IMG/VR virus record: IMGVR_UViG_3300027708_000012
Coordinates: 186,001-250,000 of that record
Length of the DNA stretch: 64,000 nucleotides
Direction: 5' to 3' (one strand)
Numbering within the stretch: the first letter of the stretch is position 1; each line of letters starts with the position of its first letter. This document shows, in pieces, positions 48,739 through 56,962 of the stretch. The notes under the pieces are model-generated. The model ran no database searches, was not told where the DNA came from, and was given only the letters and a program-made list of their open reading frames with translations. The position numbers were made by a program, and so were the translations under genes.

Positions 48739-49147
48739 CCAATTCGACGCTCGAAAGTGATGCAATAGTTTGGAACTTTTCCCAAGCCATTTTAGCGGCT
48801 GGATTGGTCTCTAGCTCACTGTTTGGTAAAACTGCTTCTAACCAAATTTCTGGTCGGCGGCGTGGATGCGCACCAAATTGTCGAGGCTGATGCATCTTGC
48901 CATCTTCGTAGATCATAATGCTTACGCTACGAAATTTATCTTCGTCGTCTTTACTATGGTAATCATAGTTTCCCCATTCAGGGTTGCTTAATCCGCCGAG
49001 GCAGTAACCTGACCAAATTCCGGCCCATTGGTCGTCATCTCGAGGATCAAAGTCTGTACGAGTAATTAATACCAATACATCGTCTATGTTTACCCGTCCT
49101 TCCACAATGTCTAAAATACAACGGCTGTAACTTAACCCAATTTTCAT
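48722..49147 (-). CDS. Hypothetical protein
   Basis: 141-aa ORF in operon. Confidence 0.7.
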   Translation of the reverse strand: MKIGLSYSRCILDIVEGRVNIDDVLVLITRTDFDPRDDDQWAGIWSGYCLGGLSNPEWGNYDYHSKDDEDKFRSVSIMIYEDGKMHQPRQFGAHPRRRPEIWLEAVLPNSELETNPAAKMAWEKFQTIASLSSVELDDKYQ

Positions 49148-49551
49148 TTTGCCTTCTCTCCTAATTCTTTATAGCCTGCCCAACTTGGATGAATGCCGTC
49201 CGGTTGTAGGCGTGTAATTGGTAATACTGTATCTCCAAATCCTCCTGCAACTTCACGCACAATTGCTTGGACTTCTGGTTTGATTGCCGGTAGAATCCAA
49301 TAGACACGCTTGGCCAATACCTTTGAACGGATAGCGGAAATTTCTTCTCGTGTGTTAACACCTTTGTGATCGTTTGATCCGAGACTAATGATTAATGTCT
49401 CAGCAAGTGGCAATGCACCTTTATCACCTTCAAGGTATTGTTTGCGCCATTGCCAACTATTAATTCCGCCCTTGGCAACAGCAACACAATCGGGTCTAAA
49501 TTGTTTAGTACCAACAGCAATACTATCCCCAATAATTAAACAGTCAATCAC
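49144..49551 (-). CDS. Minimal SGNH/GDSL hydrolase
   Basis: IIGDSIA, ISLGSND, DGIHP blocks. Confidence 0.85.
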   Translation of the reverse strand: MIDCLIIGDSIAVGTKQFRPDCVAVAKGGINSWQWRKQYLEGDKGALPLAETLIISLGSNDHKGVNTREEISAIRSKVLAKRVYWILPAIKPEVQAIVREVAGGFGDTVLPITRLQPDGIHPSWAGYKELGEKAK

Positions 49552-49552
49552 A

Positions 49553-49792
49553 TTAACCTCTTGATGCGGTTTTAGTGCGTATTACAGCCGGTCCGTCGCT
49601 TTCAAAATCCATTCCAGCATTTCGTCCTTCATAACATTTACCATTCCATTTCATACTAATTTTAACTGCTTTGTTGACAATTACATTGAGTAAGACTTTG
49701 TCCTCAAAATCTTGCACAACCGCTTCGGTCATCTTAGCACTCTTTGCCATTTTGATTTGACAAGTATCACTGTGCCTCAGTACTGTAGCCAT
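49553..49792 (-). CDS. Hypothetical protein
   Basis: Likely start MATVLRH with GGAG RBS. Confidence 0.65.
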   Translation of the reverse strand: MATVLRHSDTCQIKMAKSAKMTEAVVQDFEDKVLLNVIVNKAVKISMKWNGKCYEGRNAGMDFESDGPAVIRTKTASRG

Positions 49793-50087
49793 TTTTATCT
49801 CCACGATTAAATGTAAAAGTTACATTTTTAATACTGTCCCAACGAAAGCTTCTCCAAGCGTTGGCATCTAAATCAAACACAGGCATTACATCGTCATTTA
49901 CTTTACGTTCTGATTTAGATTCTACACTAGCAGGATCTTTAAACATAATAAATGTTGGATTAGTAGTACACCGCATGACACGTTCACTACCATCTTTTTT
50001 AGTAAATGTAACCGATACATTTTCCTGTTTTAATACGTTTTTAAGCCAAAGTTTAAAACGTTTCATATTGGATTCACTTAGCGGCAT
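49767..50087 (-). CDS. Phage WYL-like/SH3-like small protein
   Basis: VTFTKKDGSERVMRCT ... VFDLDANAWRSF. Confidence 0.7.
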   Translation of the reverse strand: MPLSESNMKRFKLWLKNVLKQENVSVTFTKKDGSERVMRCTTNPTFIMFKDPASVESKSERKVNDDVMPVFDLDANAWRSFRWDSIKNVTFTFNRGDKNGYSTEAQ

Positions 50088-50238
50088 TTTCTAATTCAAC
50101 AATACGTTCTTGTAACATAGAAATTCTATTTTCTAATTCATCAACATGTTCGGCAACTCGTTTCATAAAGTCAGCGGTATTTTCACCAGTTGTACGAAGC
50201 ATTTGCGGTACGCTTAGTTCTTTAGTTTCTTCACTCAT
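50074..50238 (-). CDS. Small coiled-coil protein, 54 aa (not in ORF track)
   Basis: MSEETKELSVPQMLRTTGENTADFMKRVAEHVDELENRI... Confidence 0.65.
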   Translation of the reverse strand: MSEETKELSVPQMLRTTGENTADFMKRVAEHVDELENRISMLQERIVELENAAK

Positions 50239-51123
50239 TTAAATCTCCAATAAAATATCGGGGTTCCAGCCACTGTTTTCACTGTAGCCGTCGTTTTCAT
50301 AACCACGGGGGTTGCATACAATTCGTGTTTCACCAATCACATAATCAGACGGCTGATGCATGTGACCATGTGTCCACAGCACAATCTGTGGGTGATCCAA
50401 AATGAACTCACTTAGGTCACTGGCATAACCACCGTTCATAAGTGTCTGACTTGCGTATTGCTCATGCACACTTTTAAAACTGGGAGCATGATGGCCTACC
50501 ACCACACACTTCTTGTCCTTGTGTTCTTGAACAATGTGTTTGATATAGCCCAGCGTCTTGTCGTGTCTAATAGCAACATCCAGCGGACTCATAGCCGCAT
50601 ACTCACGCTTTTCATTACGAATAATTTTAAAGTCGTTCATCATATCTTTGATAGCATGCATGGTCAAAGAATCTCGACGATTCATGTCAGTCCATAATGT
50701 TCCACCCACAAACACAACATCAGTTACTTCACCTGTTTCTTTATTCCTATCTTGAATAATGTAAGTATCTTGTTCCAACATATGAATGTTGGGATACTTG
50801 GCACACTCGTCACGCATGTAATCAATGGCACTGTAAAACTTACCGTGATAGAATTCGTGATTGCCCATGATGTAGATCACATGAGGAAACTGAAAACTAC
50901 AACGCTTAAAGAAGTCGCGAAAACGAGCGACCCGTTGCATCTTACGGCTAAGATCTGCCAATGCTCCACTGCTATATGGATTAAAGTCAGCGGCATGATG
51001 ATCGTGCAGATCCTGGGCGATGCAAATATCACCACCTAGGATCAGTACATCATAGTCCTGATCATTAACAATATTAATGTCGCTGAACTCCAAGTGGAGA
51101 TCAGATACAAGTTTAATCCTCAT
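50239..51123 (-). CDS. Calcineurin-like metallophosphoesterase
   Basis: SDLHLE, GGDI, GNHEFY, VGHHAP, HGHMH; start MRIKLVSD. Confidence 0.92.
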   Translation of the reverse strand: MRIKLVSDLHLEFSDINIVNDQDYDVLILGGDICIAQDLHDHHAADFNPYSSGALADLSRKMQRVARFRDFFKRCSFQFPHVIYIMGNHEFYHGKFYSAIDYMRDECAKYPNIHMLEQDTYIIQDRNKETGEVTDVVFVGGTLWTDMNRRDSLTMHAIKDMMNDFKIIRNEKREYAAMSPLDVAIRHDKTLGYIKHIVQEHKDKKCVVVGHHAPSFKSVHEQYASQTLMNGGYASDLSEFILDHPQIVLWTHGHMHQPSDYVIGETRIVCNPRGYENDGYSENSGWNPDILLEI

Positions 51124-51718
51124 GGTCTTCTTTCTCTGTTTCAAACGGCCAAGCCGTTTTGCTTTCTAATACAAATTTTTGAGCATCTTCTTTGGTAAGA
51201 CGCCCTGCTTTATGTTCTTCAATAGCAAACCGTAACGCTTCTTCAACAAACGCATTAAAGGTCATATCACGCTCGTGTGCTAGTTTCATGTATTGTAACA
51301 GTTCTTCATCTGAAAAGTCAACTGGAACTGATATTCGTGTATCATAATCTTCGCCTGCTCGAATAGCAAGTGCTTTTCGGATAAAATCATCCGCCACTTC
51401 CAAATCAATATAGTCCACATCGTCCCAAGCTTCGTTTAAATTCACATCGCGAGCCTTGGCTTCTTTGCTGTGCTTTTCAACATTTTTTGGATTGATCATG
51501 CGATAGGCACGATCATTGGTATAATCGCACATACTGACTTCATATACCTTTTGGCTCTTGGTGCTGAACACAATACTGAAACTGTATCCACCTTTACCGT
51601 GAACGCCATTCCAGCTATCTAGCGTATAGCTATTCGGACCATAACATCCCCAACCATAATCACCGCCTTCGGTAATTTTATAGTCAACTAGTTCCATCCA
51701 TTCTTTCATCGAGATCAT
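51113..51718 (-). CDS. Hypothetical protein
   Basis: 201-aa ORF; possible C-terminal ribbon-helix-helix-like segment. Confidence 0.7.
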   Translation of the reverse strand: MISMKEWMELVDYKITEGGDYGWGCYGPNSYTLDSWNGVHGKGGYSFSIVFSTKSQKVYEVSMCDYTNDRAYRMINPKNVEKHSKEAKARDVNLNEAWDDVDYIDLEVADDFIRKALAIRAGEDYDTRISVPVDFSDEELLQYMKLAHERDMTFNAFVEEALRFAIEEHKAGRLTKEDAQKFVLESKTAWPFETEKEDHED

Positions 51719-52200
51719 TATTCGTTTCCTTCTTCGTTATAAACAATATTTCTTTCTGTGGCATGTTCTTCACATAGTGTAGTAACCCATCCGCCTCCAA
51801 CACGCTTGCCATGTTTGCCACAAGTTTCGCAAGTTACTCCTGACATTGATTCTGCCATCGTTACCATACCGCTGATATAGTCATCGCCACCGGTGTAATA
51901 AAAACGCAGTGTGCCAAACTTTTCTTTGACTTGGTCTAGCGTTACTTGTGGAATAGCATCCGGAACTGGCCGCATGTCTTCCGGCGAAGCTGTACTATTA
52001 AAAGTAATTGCCCAGTTACGTTGTTTCTCTTTCCAGTCAATGTGATGTTGAATATTGCCCATGAGTTGATCCAAGATATCAAACCAACCATCGCCACAGC
52101 TGAACCCCCAACACATGCAAGTTTCAGTCATAGGCTTGTCACGGTTCACCATCATCTTTGGATACCGTTCACATAGCAATGTATCTAGTTCTTGTTTCAT
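51718..52200 (-). CDS. Hypothetical phage protein
   Basis: CGDGWFDIL, QVKEKFGTLRFY, CETCG...TLC. Confidence 0.75.
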   Translation of the reverse strand: MKQELDTLLCERYPKMMVNRDKPMTETCMCWGFSCGDGWFDILDQLMGNIQHHIDWKEKQRNWAITFNSTASPEDMRPVPDAIPQVTLDQVKEKFGTLRFYYTGGDDYISGMVTMAESMSGVTCETCGKHGKRVGGGWVTTLCEEHATERNIVYNEEGNE

Positions 52201-52448
52201 TTTTCATCCTCTGTTACTACAAAGTGATCAATAATCAAATCCAGTGCGGCAATGGTTTGCATATTGAGTCCAACATCTTCAGGATGTAGCCAATAGCCGT
52301 CTGGGTTAGTATCTGACTTTGGATTCTTCTTCCATTGCTTTAGTTCTTTCTTGAGATACGCACGATAATCTTTTAGGTTAAGACTGGTGATACGATCAGC
52401 GGTCTCACCGTCAATCCATTGGTGAGGTTTATGTTTTGCTTTGCTCAT
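52197..52448 (-). CDS. Hypothetical protein
   Basis: 83-aa ORF in operon. Confidence 0.65.
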   Translation of the reverse strand: MSKAKHKPHQWIDGETADRITSLNLKDYRAYLKKELKQWKKNPKSDTNPDGYWLHPEDVGLNMQTIAALDLIIDHFVVTEDEK

Positions 52449-52899
52449 TATGATCTCTCGTTAATTCTGCTACAAATAAAAACTTTTCGTATGCCTTACG
52501 TACAGTTGGGTTAGACAATAACTTGTCAGCTTCCAACATCATGGCTTTAACTCCTGCCTCAGCACAGTCATGCACACTGAGCCCGGTTAGTGTACAAAGT
52601 TCGTCACCAAATTCTTTGGCTAACTTTTCCCAAGCCTTCTTCTGTCCTAGTGTAATAGGGGTCTTCTGTGGTCTAAGCTCGCTGGCCTTTGATATAGCCC
52701 GGCAGATAGCATCTTCTGCTACACGCCCAGCGGCAATCATTGCGGCATAGTTAGGGTCGATGTTGTACCTGCGACTAGTACCACCAGGGTAGCTCATAAC
52801 CAAATGAGTACCCTTAGTAAAGCCGTCCATGAAGTCGTTATCATACTCAGCAACAGGCACATACTTGCGTCCAATCTTTTCGTAATATATCTTTTTCAT
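52429..52899 (-). CDS. Hypothetical protein
   Basis: 156-aa ORF in operon. Confidence 0.7.
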   Translation of the reverse strand: MKKIYYEKIGRKYVPVAEYDNDFMDGFTKGTHLVMSYPGGTSRRYNIDPNYAAMIAAGRVAEDAICRAISKASELRPQKTPITLGQKKAWEKLAKEFGDELCTLTGLSVHDCAEAGVKAMMLEADKLLSNPTVRKAYEKFLFVAELTRDHNEQSKT

Positions 52900-53252
52900 T
52901 CTACTACACCTTCCACACGCTTGCCTTCTTTAAGTGTACGCATCAATTGTCGATTACGTTCCTTTTGTTCAGCCGCCGAGCGTTTCTTGTCATCGCTCAA
53001 CTTGAGCATCATGTCGTATTCACGTGCCCATCGAACACCAGCTAGCCAATCTTCAAGACGTTCAACACTACCAATAAACAATTCAGCATCACGACTGTAA
53101 ATTGGCAATGCGTCAGGATCTTTTGGCTTGAGGCTTAGGGCACCGTGATCATCAGACCAATCACTGTGTTTGCTCTTGGCAAACTTAAATCCTAGCTTGT
53201 CGATTTGTTCTTCAAGACGACGAATTCGTTCAATTGTATTCCAACCAGCCAT
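52896..53252 (-). CDS. Hypothetical protein
   Basis: 118-aa ORF in operon. Confidence 0.7.
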   Translation of the reverse strand: MAGWNTIERIRRLEEQIDKLGFKFAKSKHSDWSDDHGALSLKPKDPDALPIYSRDAELFIGSVERLEDWLAGVRWAREYDMMLKLSDDKKRSAAEQKERNRQLMRTLKEGKRVEGVVE

Positions 53253-53253
53253 A

Positions 53254-53445
53254 TCAATCCTTATCTATAGGCACACAAAATTTAGGGAACATTCCAACTT
53301 GTATCCACATGTCATCATGCTGTTCCATAATGACTCCACCTAAACACATAATAGGTCTAGGCTTAGTAATTACTAACATAACTAGCTGTGCAATGATAAC
53401 TATGCCTAAGATAGTCATCAATGTTCTAAATGTCCATGTACTCAT
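53254..53445 (-). CDS. Small membrane protein
   Basis: Likely start MSTWTF (ATGA overlap); one TM segment. Confidence 0.6.
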   Translation of the reverse strand: MSTWTFRTLMTILGIVIIAQLVMLVITKPRPIMCLGGVIMEQHDDMWIQVGMFPKFCVPIDKD

Positions 53446-53663
53446 ATAATTTTTCCTAGCCCTAGCCAAATTAATTGATCTAGTTCTTGTTGATAGTCTT
53501 GTCCAATTCTACGTTTTTCGTAGATGGCTTGCAACACTTCCTTACCATCGCCATAGTCCATAACACCAGAACCGCGAGACTCTAATTCTTCAATAAGATC
53601 ATCTGTTTCAAATTCTGACAAGTCGACATCTACTTCAACTTCTGTGTAAATTGTTTTATACAT
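53442..53663 (-). CDS. Small acidic hypothetical protein
   Basis: EVDVDLSEFETDDLIEELESRG. Confidence 0.7.
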   Translation of the reverse strand: MYKTIYTEVEVDVDLSEFETDDLIEELESRGSGVMDYGDGKEVLQAIYEKRRIGQDYQQELDQLIWLGLGKII

Positions 53664-54358
53664 TATTGTACTGCCTTAACGTAATTTAATCTAGTCACAT
53701 CATTTTGATGCTTCCAGTGTTTGCTGTGATCTTTAACTTTGGCTTTGACAATTACACACGGGCCAAGAGTCAGTGCTGTTTTGTTTAACCACGAAACCAT
53801 CCTGTTGTTTATTATAGCAGAAATATTGTAGCCTTCAAAGTTTTTTGACTTAACTGATTCAAGTATTTCACAATCTAAATCTTTTAGCTGGCTACCAATT
53901 TCTCCAAGATAACCTTCTTCAACTTGTCGTGCAACTTTTTTGATTTTGTTCTGAACTTTGTCCCTAGCATAGACACTTGGCAAGCAGGCAATGTATCCGA
54001 AGTTTTTAAGTTCAATTGCATCGTCACTTAAAAAACTATTGATATTAGTTTGAAATTCGTTTTCACCTTCGATGGCTGCAAACAATAGTCGTTTAAAATA
54101 TGTTTTAATTTCTTCTGCTAATACAGCATCTTCGGGTAGTACACGAAGTGGCATAGGAGCGTCTTTTGGATCAGCTGTCCAGTTATTAGGATTTACTGTA
54201 CACAACATCATCATTTTATTAGTTTGTTTTGAGTACAAATACTTGCCATCAGAAGCATATACTCCTTCGGCTTCTTTAAGATATGCACCGTTAACTCGCT
54301 GTGCGGCACAAGACAGTTCTAAAACTTGTTGCGTAGGAAACGTTTTCATATCGCTCAC
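53663..54358 (-). CDS. Hypothetical protein with possible C-terminal OB fold
   Basis: YLGEIGSQL...IVKAKVKDH...TRLNYVK. Confidence 0.65.
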   Translation of the reverse strand: MSDMKTFPTQQVLELSCAAQRVNGAYLKEAEGVYASDGKYLYSKQTNKMMMLCTVNPNNWTADPKDAPMPLRVLPEDAVLAEEIKTYFKRLLFAAIEGENEFQTNINSFLSDDAIELKNFGYIACLPSVYARDKVQNKIKKVARQVEEGYLGEIGSQLKDLDCEILESVKSKNFEGYNISAIINNRMVSWLNKTALTLGPCVIVKAKVKDHSKHWKHQNDVTRLNYVKAVQ

Positions 54359-54382
54359 TTTGTTAGTTTCTATACGTGTATT

Positions 54383-55045
54383 TTACATGAAAACGTATCT
54401 CTTGTCAACTGTTTCTAAATGATGATATATCTTTTTGGATAACCTTTTGGTAAGAGTGTTTAAACCAAAATGTCCAATGTAAGCCCTGAGCTGTGGGCTT
54501 GAAAATTGGCTACCTGTGCGCATCTTGCTCAAAACACTAATCCTGCCCATGCGCTTTTTGGCACGAGTTGCATCCATTGTTCGTAACAGTTCAATTGCTA
54601 TGCTGAACGCATACGCATCTAATTCGTCATCGTCTGCCAAGTAACGCTCATATGGAGTATCAAAATGCTCGCCATATTGATTATGGTCGCGTCGCATACT
54701 TTGATATTGATGTCTAAACTCATGCACAGTGGCATCAAAGATTTCTGTAAGAAAACTAGTTATTTGATGTGGCCCGAATGGTTCGTCGCCTTTTAAATTA
54801 TGATAGACGATGACTTCTATAGCGGTATCCATATTGAAATCATTTTCGCTGTCATAGTAAGCCATGACATACCACTTGTCAGGATCTAGTGTTTTATCTT
54901 TTTTAGTCTTAATAGCAATATCAAAATCGTGTAATTTGAAAGTATTGCGGGTACGACCTATTAATTTTTTGAAAGTTGTTTGCTCAGAACTTTGCTCTCG
55001 AACTTGTTTACAAACTTTATATACACGTTCAAGAATTATGTTCAT
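54383..55045 (-). CDS. HExxH (zincin-like) hypothetical protein, paralog B
   Basis: TVHEFRHQYQ ... DDDELDAYAF. Confidence 0.7.
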   Translation of the reverse strand: MNIILERVYKVCKQVREQSSEQTTFKKLIGRTRNTFKLHDFDIAIKTKKDKTLDPDKWYVMAYYDSENDFNMDTAIEVIVYHNLKGDEPFGPHQITSFLTEIFDATVHEFRHQYQSMRRDHNQYGEHFDTPYERYLADDDELDAYAFSIAIELLRTMDATRAKKRMGRISVLSKMRTGSQFSSPQLRAYIGHFGLNTLTKRLSKKIYHHLETVDKRYVFM

Positions 55046-55047
55046 GA

Positions 55048-55266
55048 TTACAACCTATAAGTTACTCTACCTTTTGAGAGATCGTATGTACTAACTTCTA
55101 ATCTTACATTATCGCCTAGAATAATTCTAATTTTATTTTGTTTAAGTTTTCCGCCTAAATAGCAAAGAAGCAAATTAGGCATATTATCAACTTTTACTCT
55201 AAACATATTTCCGGGCAACACTTCTTCAACTTGACCGGTTAATTCAATTACATCATCTTTGCTCAT
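55048..55266 (-). CDS. infA: Translation initiation factor IF-1
   Basis: MSKDDVIELTGQVEEVLP...FRV...IRIILGD.V..EVS.YDLSKGRVTYR. Confidence 0.95.
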   Translation of the reverse strand: MSKDDVIELTGQVEEVLPGNMFRVKVDNMPNLLLCYLGGKLKQNKIRIILGDNVRLEVSTYDLSKGRVTYRL

Positions 55267-55433
55267 ACTTTACTAATCACAATAGAACCATCCTCAATTT
55301 CAATGTTCAACGTGTCTCCGTCTTTCCAGCCGGTATTCTCTAAAAGCTCGGGCGGAAGTTTCATAATAACATTATCCGGATCTCCAGGAATGTCTTCAAA
55401 TATATCTTCTGCGTTAAATGTTAGTTTGTCCAT
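55263..55433 (-). CDS. AbrB/MazE-like small protein, 56 aa (not in ORF track)
   Basis: VIMKLPPELLENTGWKDGDTLNIEIEDGSIVISK; ATGA overlap with infA. Confidence 0.7.
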   Translation of the reverse strand: MDKLTFNAEDIFEDIPGDPDNVIMKLPPELLENTGWKDGDTLNIEIEDGSIVISKV

Positions 55434-55448
55434 TGTATATTTACTCTG

Positions 55449-56003
55449 TTATTCATCGTCACTCCAAGGAACTGGTCTCCAACCCAATCGATTTAAATCC
55501 AATTCAATTTCTTCAGTAACATGCCCTTCTGGTACATAGGTTCTGCCATCTGGATCTGTTTCAGGCATAACTGCGGTTAGTCCGTATCCTTTATCCCGGG
55601 TACCAATGCCGCTACAGTACCAATCAATATAGTCACCCTTTTCTTGCATATCGGCAATTATACCTCCGGCATGGCGCCAACTGCAACTCCAAACTTCGCC
55701 TTTCATTTCTTGCCAAAACTCTCTGCTTTGCCAAGTCATGTTGCACATTGCGGCATACAAGTTTTGAGCATAGATGTCCGACTGTTTAACTTTATCGCAA
55801 AGTTCTTTTGAACTGCGTAAGTCGTATTCCATATTGTTCTTTTGCCAAGCAGGATCTACGATTGCTTTGTCATCTTGTTCTTGCCAACTTTCGTACATGG
55901 CAATTAATTTAGAATCGGGCTCTTTGCCTTCATCTTGACACCGTTCAATATACCCGTCTCGTTGAAAAGTATGACGATCAGGGCTCTTATTTACTTTTAC
56001 CAT
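55449..56003 (-). CDS. Hypothetical phage protein
   Basis: Likely start MVKVNKS at 56003; YAQNLYAAMCN, SWRHAGGIIAD. Confidence 0.75.
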   Translation of the reverse strand: MVKVNKSPDRHTFQRDGYIERCQDEGKEPDSKLIAMYESWQEQDDKAIVDPAWQKNNMEYDLRSSKELCDKVKQSDIYAQNLYAAMCNMTWQSREFWQEMKGEVWSCSWRHAGGIIADMQEKGDYIDWYCSGIGTRDKGYGLTAVMPETDPDGRTYVPEGHVTEEIELDLNRLGWRPVPWSDDE

Positions 56004-56322
56004 TATGGAAATTACCTTGGATGCAATGGCGGACTTCGTGTCCAATTGTATGAAAATTTGCTGTAGGTCCTGTGATGATTGTACACTGAGTGCCTTCGTT
56101 ATTCCAAAAGCTGCAAGCATCGACACCAAATCCAAAGCCTTGTCCAGTTAATCGTTTGCTTTCTGCATCGCAAGCAGCCTGAACATTATTTACAGGTCTG
56201 AATGTAATAGTCGTTCGATTAGTCATGTTACGAGTCATAAGAAACTCTTCGTGCGGATCTTCTTGATAAGCAAACGAGTTAGCGGTTACTAACAAACTTA
56301 CAATTACTAATGCCTTTTTCAT
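55987..56322 (-). CDS. Exported small HExxH protein
   Basis: Signal peptide MKKALVIVSLLVTANSFA; GHEVRHC. Confidence 0.7.
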   Translation of the reverse strand: MKKALVIVSLLVTANSFAYQEDPHEEFLMTRNMTNRTTITFRPVNNVQAACDAESKRLTGQGFGFGVDACSFWNNEGTQCTIITGPTANFHTIGHEVRHCIQGNFHNGKSK

Positions 56323-56346
56323 ATGTGCCTCTGTGTGTTAATAAAA

Positions 56347-56457
56347 TGGTGTAGACGGTAGGATTCGAACCTACAAAGTCACCCTAAGGGCTAGACCCTT
56401 GCCCTCCGTTCGCCGAAGCTACTAGGAGGAGGTATACCAAGTTCCACTCACGTCCAC
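56347..56457 (-). ncRNA. Atypical tRNA-like RNA, 111 nt, CCA-encoded
   Basis: Acceptor GTGGACG/CGTCTAC-A-CCA; T arm GTAGG-TTCGAAT-CCTAC; D-loop GG; no canonical 7-nt anticodon loop. Confidence 0.8.
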
Positions 56458-56463
56458 ATTTAT

Positions 56464-56492
56464 ATTATACAATCGATCTGCATTTAAGTCAA
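56464..56492 (-). promoter_or_regulatory. Sigma70-type promoter of the tRNA-like RNA
   Basis: TTGACT, 17 nt, TATAAT; G1 of the RNA is the 7th nt after the -10 box. Confidence 0.8.
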
Positions 56493-56508
56493 CGCAGATT
56501 GGTTAAAA

Positions 56509-56871
56509 CTAGTCTGCTGATCTAGTTAGATAGTAATCACGTATTTTGGTACATCCAAAAGAAGATTTGATACTTTCTTTAACAATGTTGGTATCGAATT
56601 TCTTACAAGAAAATACATCTAAATAAATTTGTCCTAGATCATCAACAAAATGAGCAACAATACTAGAAGTAACAATAATTTGTACAACGGTGAAGCCAGC
56701 TTTATCTGGAAATTCGGATGCGGTGTATTCAATTACAGGGTTGCCAACTGGCGACATATCTATATCTTTTACTAACTTTTTAATCCATCTTTCAACATTA
56801 TCTCGATTTGACATCAACAACTGATTACCGCCTCCACAATCGAGTATTGATTGATAACCCCAGTAATCCAT
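56509..56871 (-). CDS. speD: Pyruvoyl-dependent S-adenosylmethionine decarboxylase-like proenzyme
   Basis: AGFTVVQIIVTSSIVAHF, YLDVFSCK. Confidence 0.75.
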   Translation of the reverse strand: MDYWGYQSILDCGGGNQLLMSNRDNVERWIKKLVKDIDMSPVGNPVIEYTASEFPDKAGFTVVQIIVTSSIVAHFVDDLGQIYLDVFSCKKFDTNIVKESIKSSFGCTKIRDYYLTRSAD

Positions 56872-56895
56872 TTAATTTCCTTATTATATAGTAAC

Positions 56896-56924
56896 ATTGT
56901 ACAATTAATTTAAATTTAAGTCAA
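56896..56924 (-). promoter_or_regulatory. Sigma70-type promoter
   Basis: TTGACT, 17 nt, TACAAT. Confidence 0.75.
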
Positions 56925-56926
56925 CA

Positions 56927-56950
56927 AAAAAGGCTCCGGAGAGCCTTTTT
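56927..56950 (-). terminator. Intrinsic terminator after dctP
   Basis: AAAAAGGCTC-CGGA-GAGCCTTTTT. Confidence 0.85.
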
Positions 56951-56962
56951 AAATTTAATCAA

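Noticed and set aside
55449-56135. Extended upstream starts given by the ORF track (also 5474, 27893, 30311, 33730, 34696, 36807, 62048)
   Set aside because: They overlap upstream genes or promoters; downstream ATGs have an RBS or stop-start coupling and match family N-termini
56347-56457. Ordinary tRNA-Leu/Ser, tRNA-Sec, tmRNA or intron-containing tRNA
   Set aside because: No 7-nt anticodon loop with U33 in the canonical position, no UCA, no tag ORF; the insert is far too short for a group I intron
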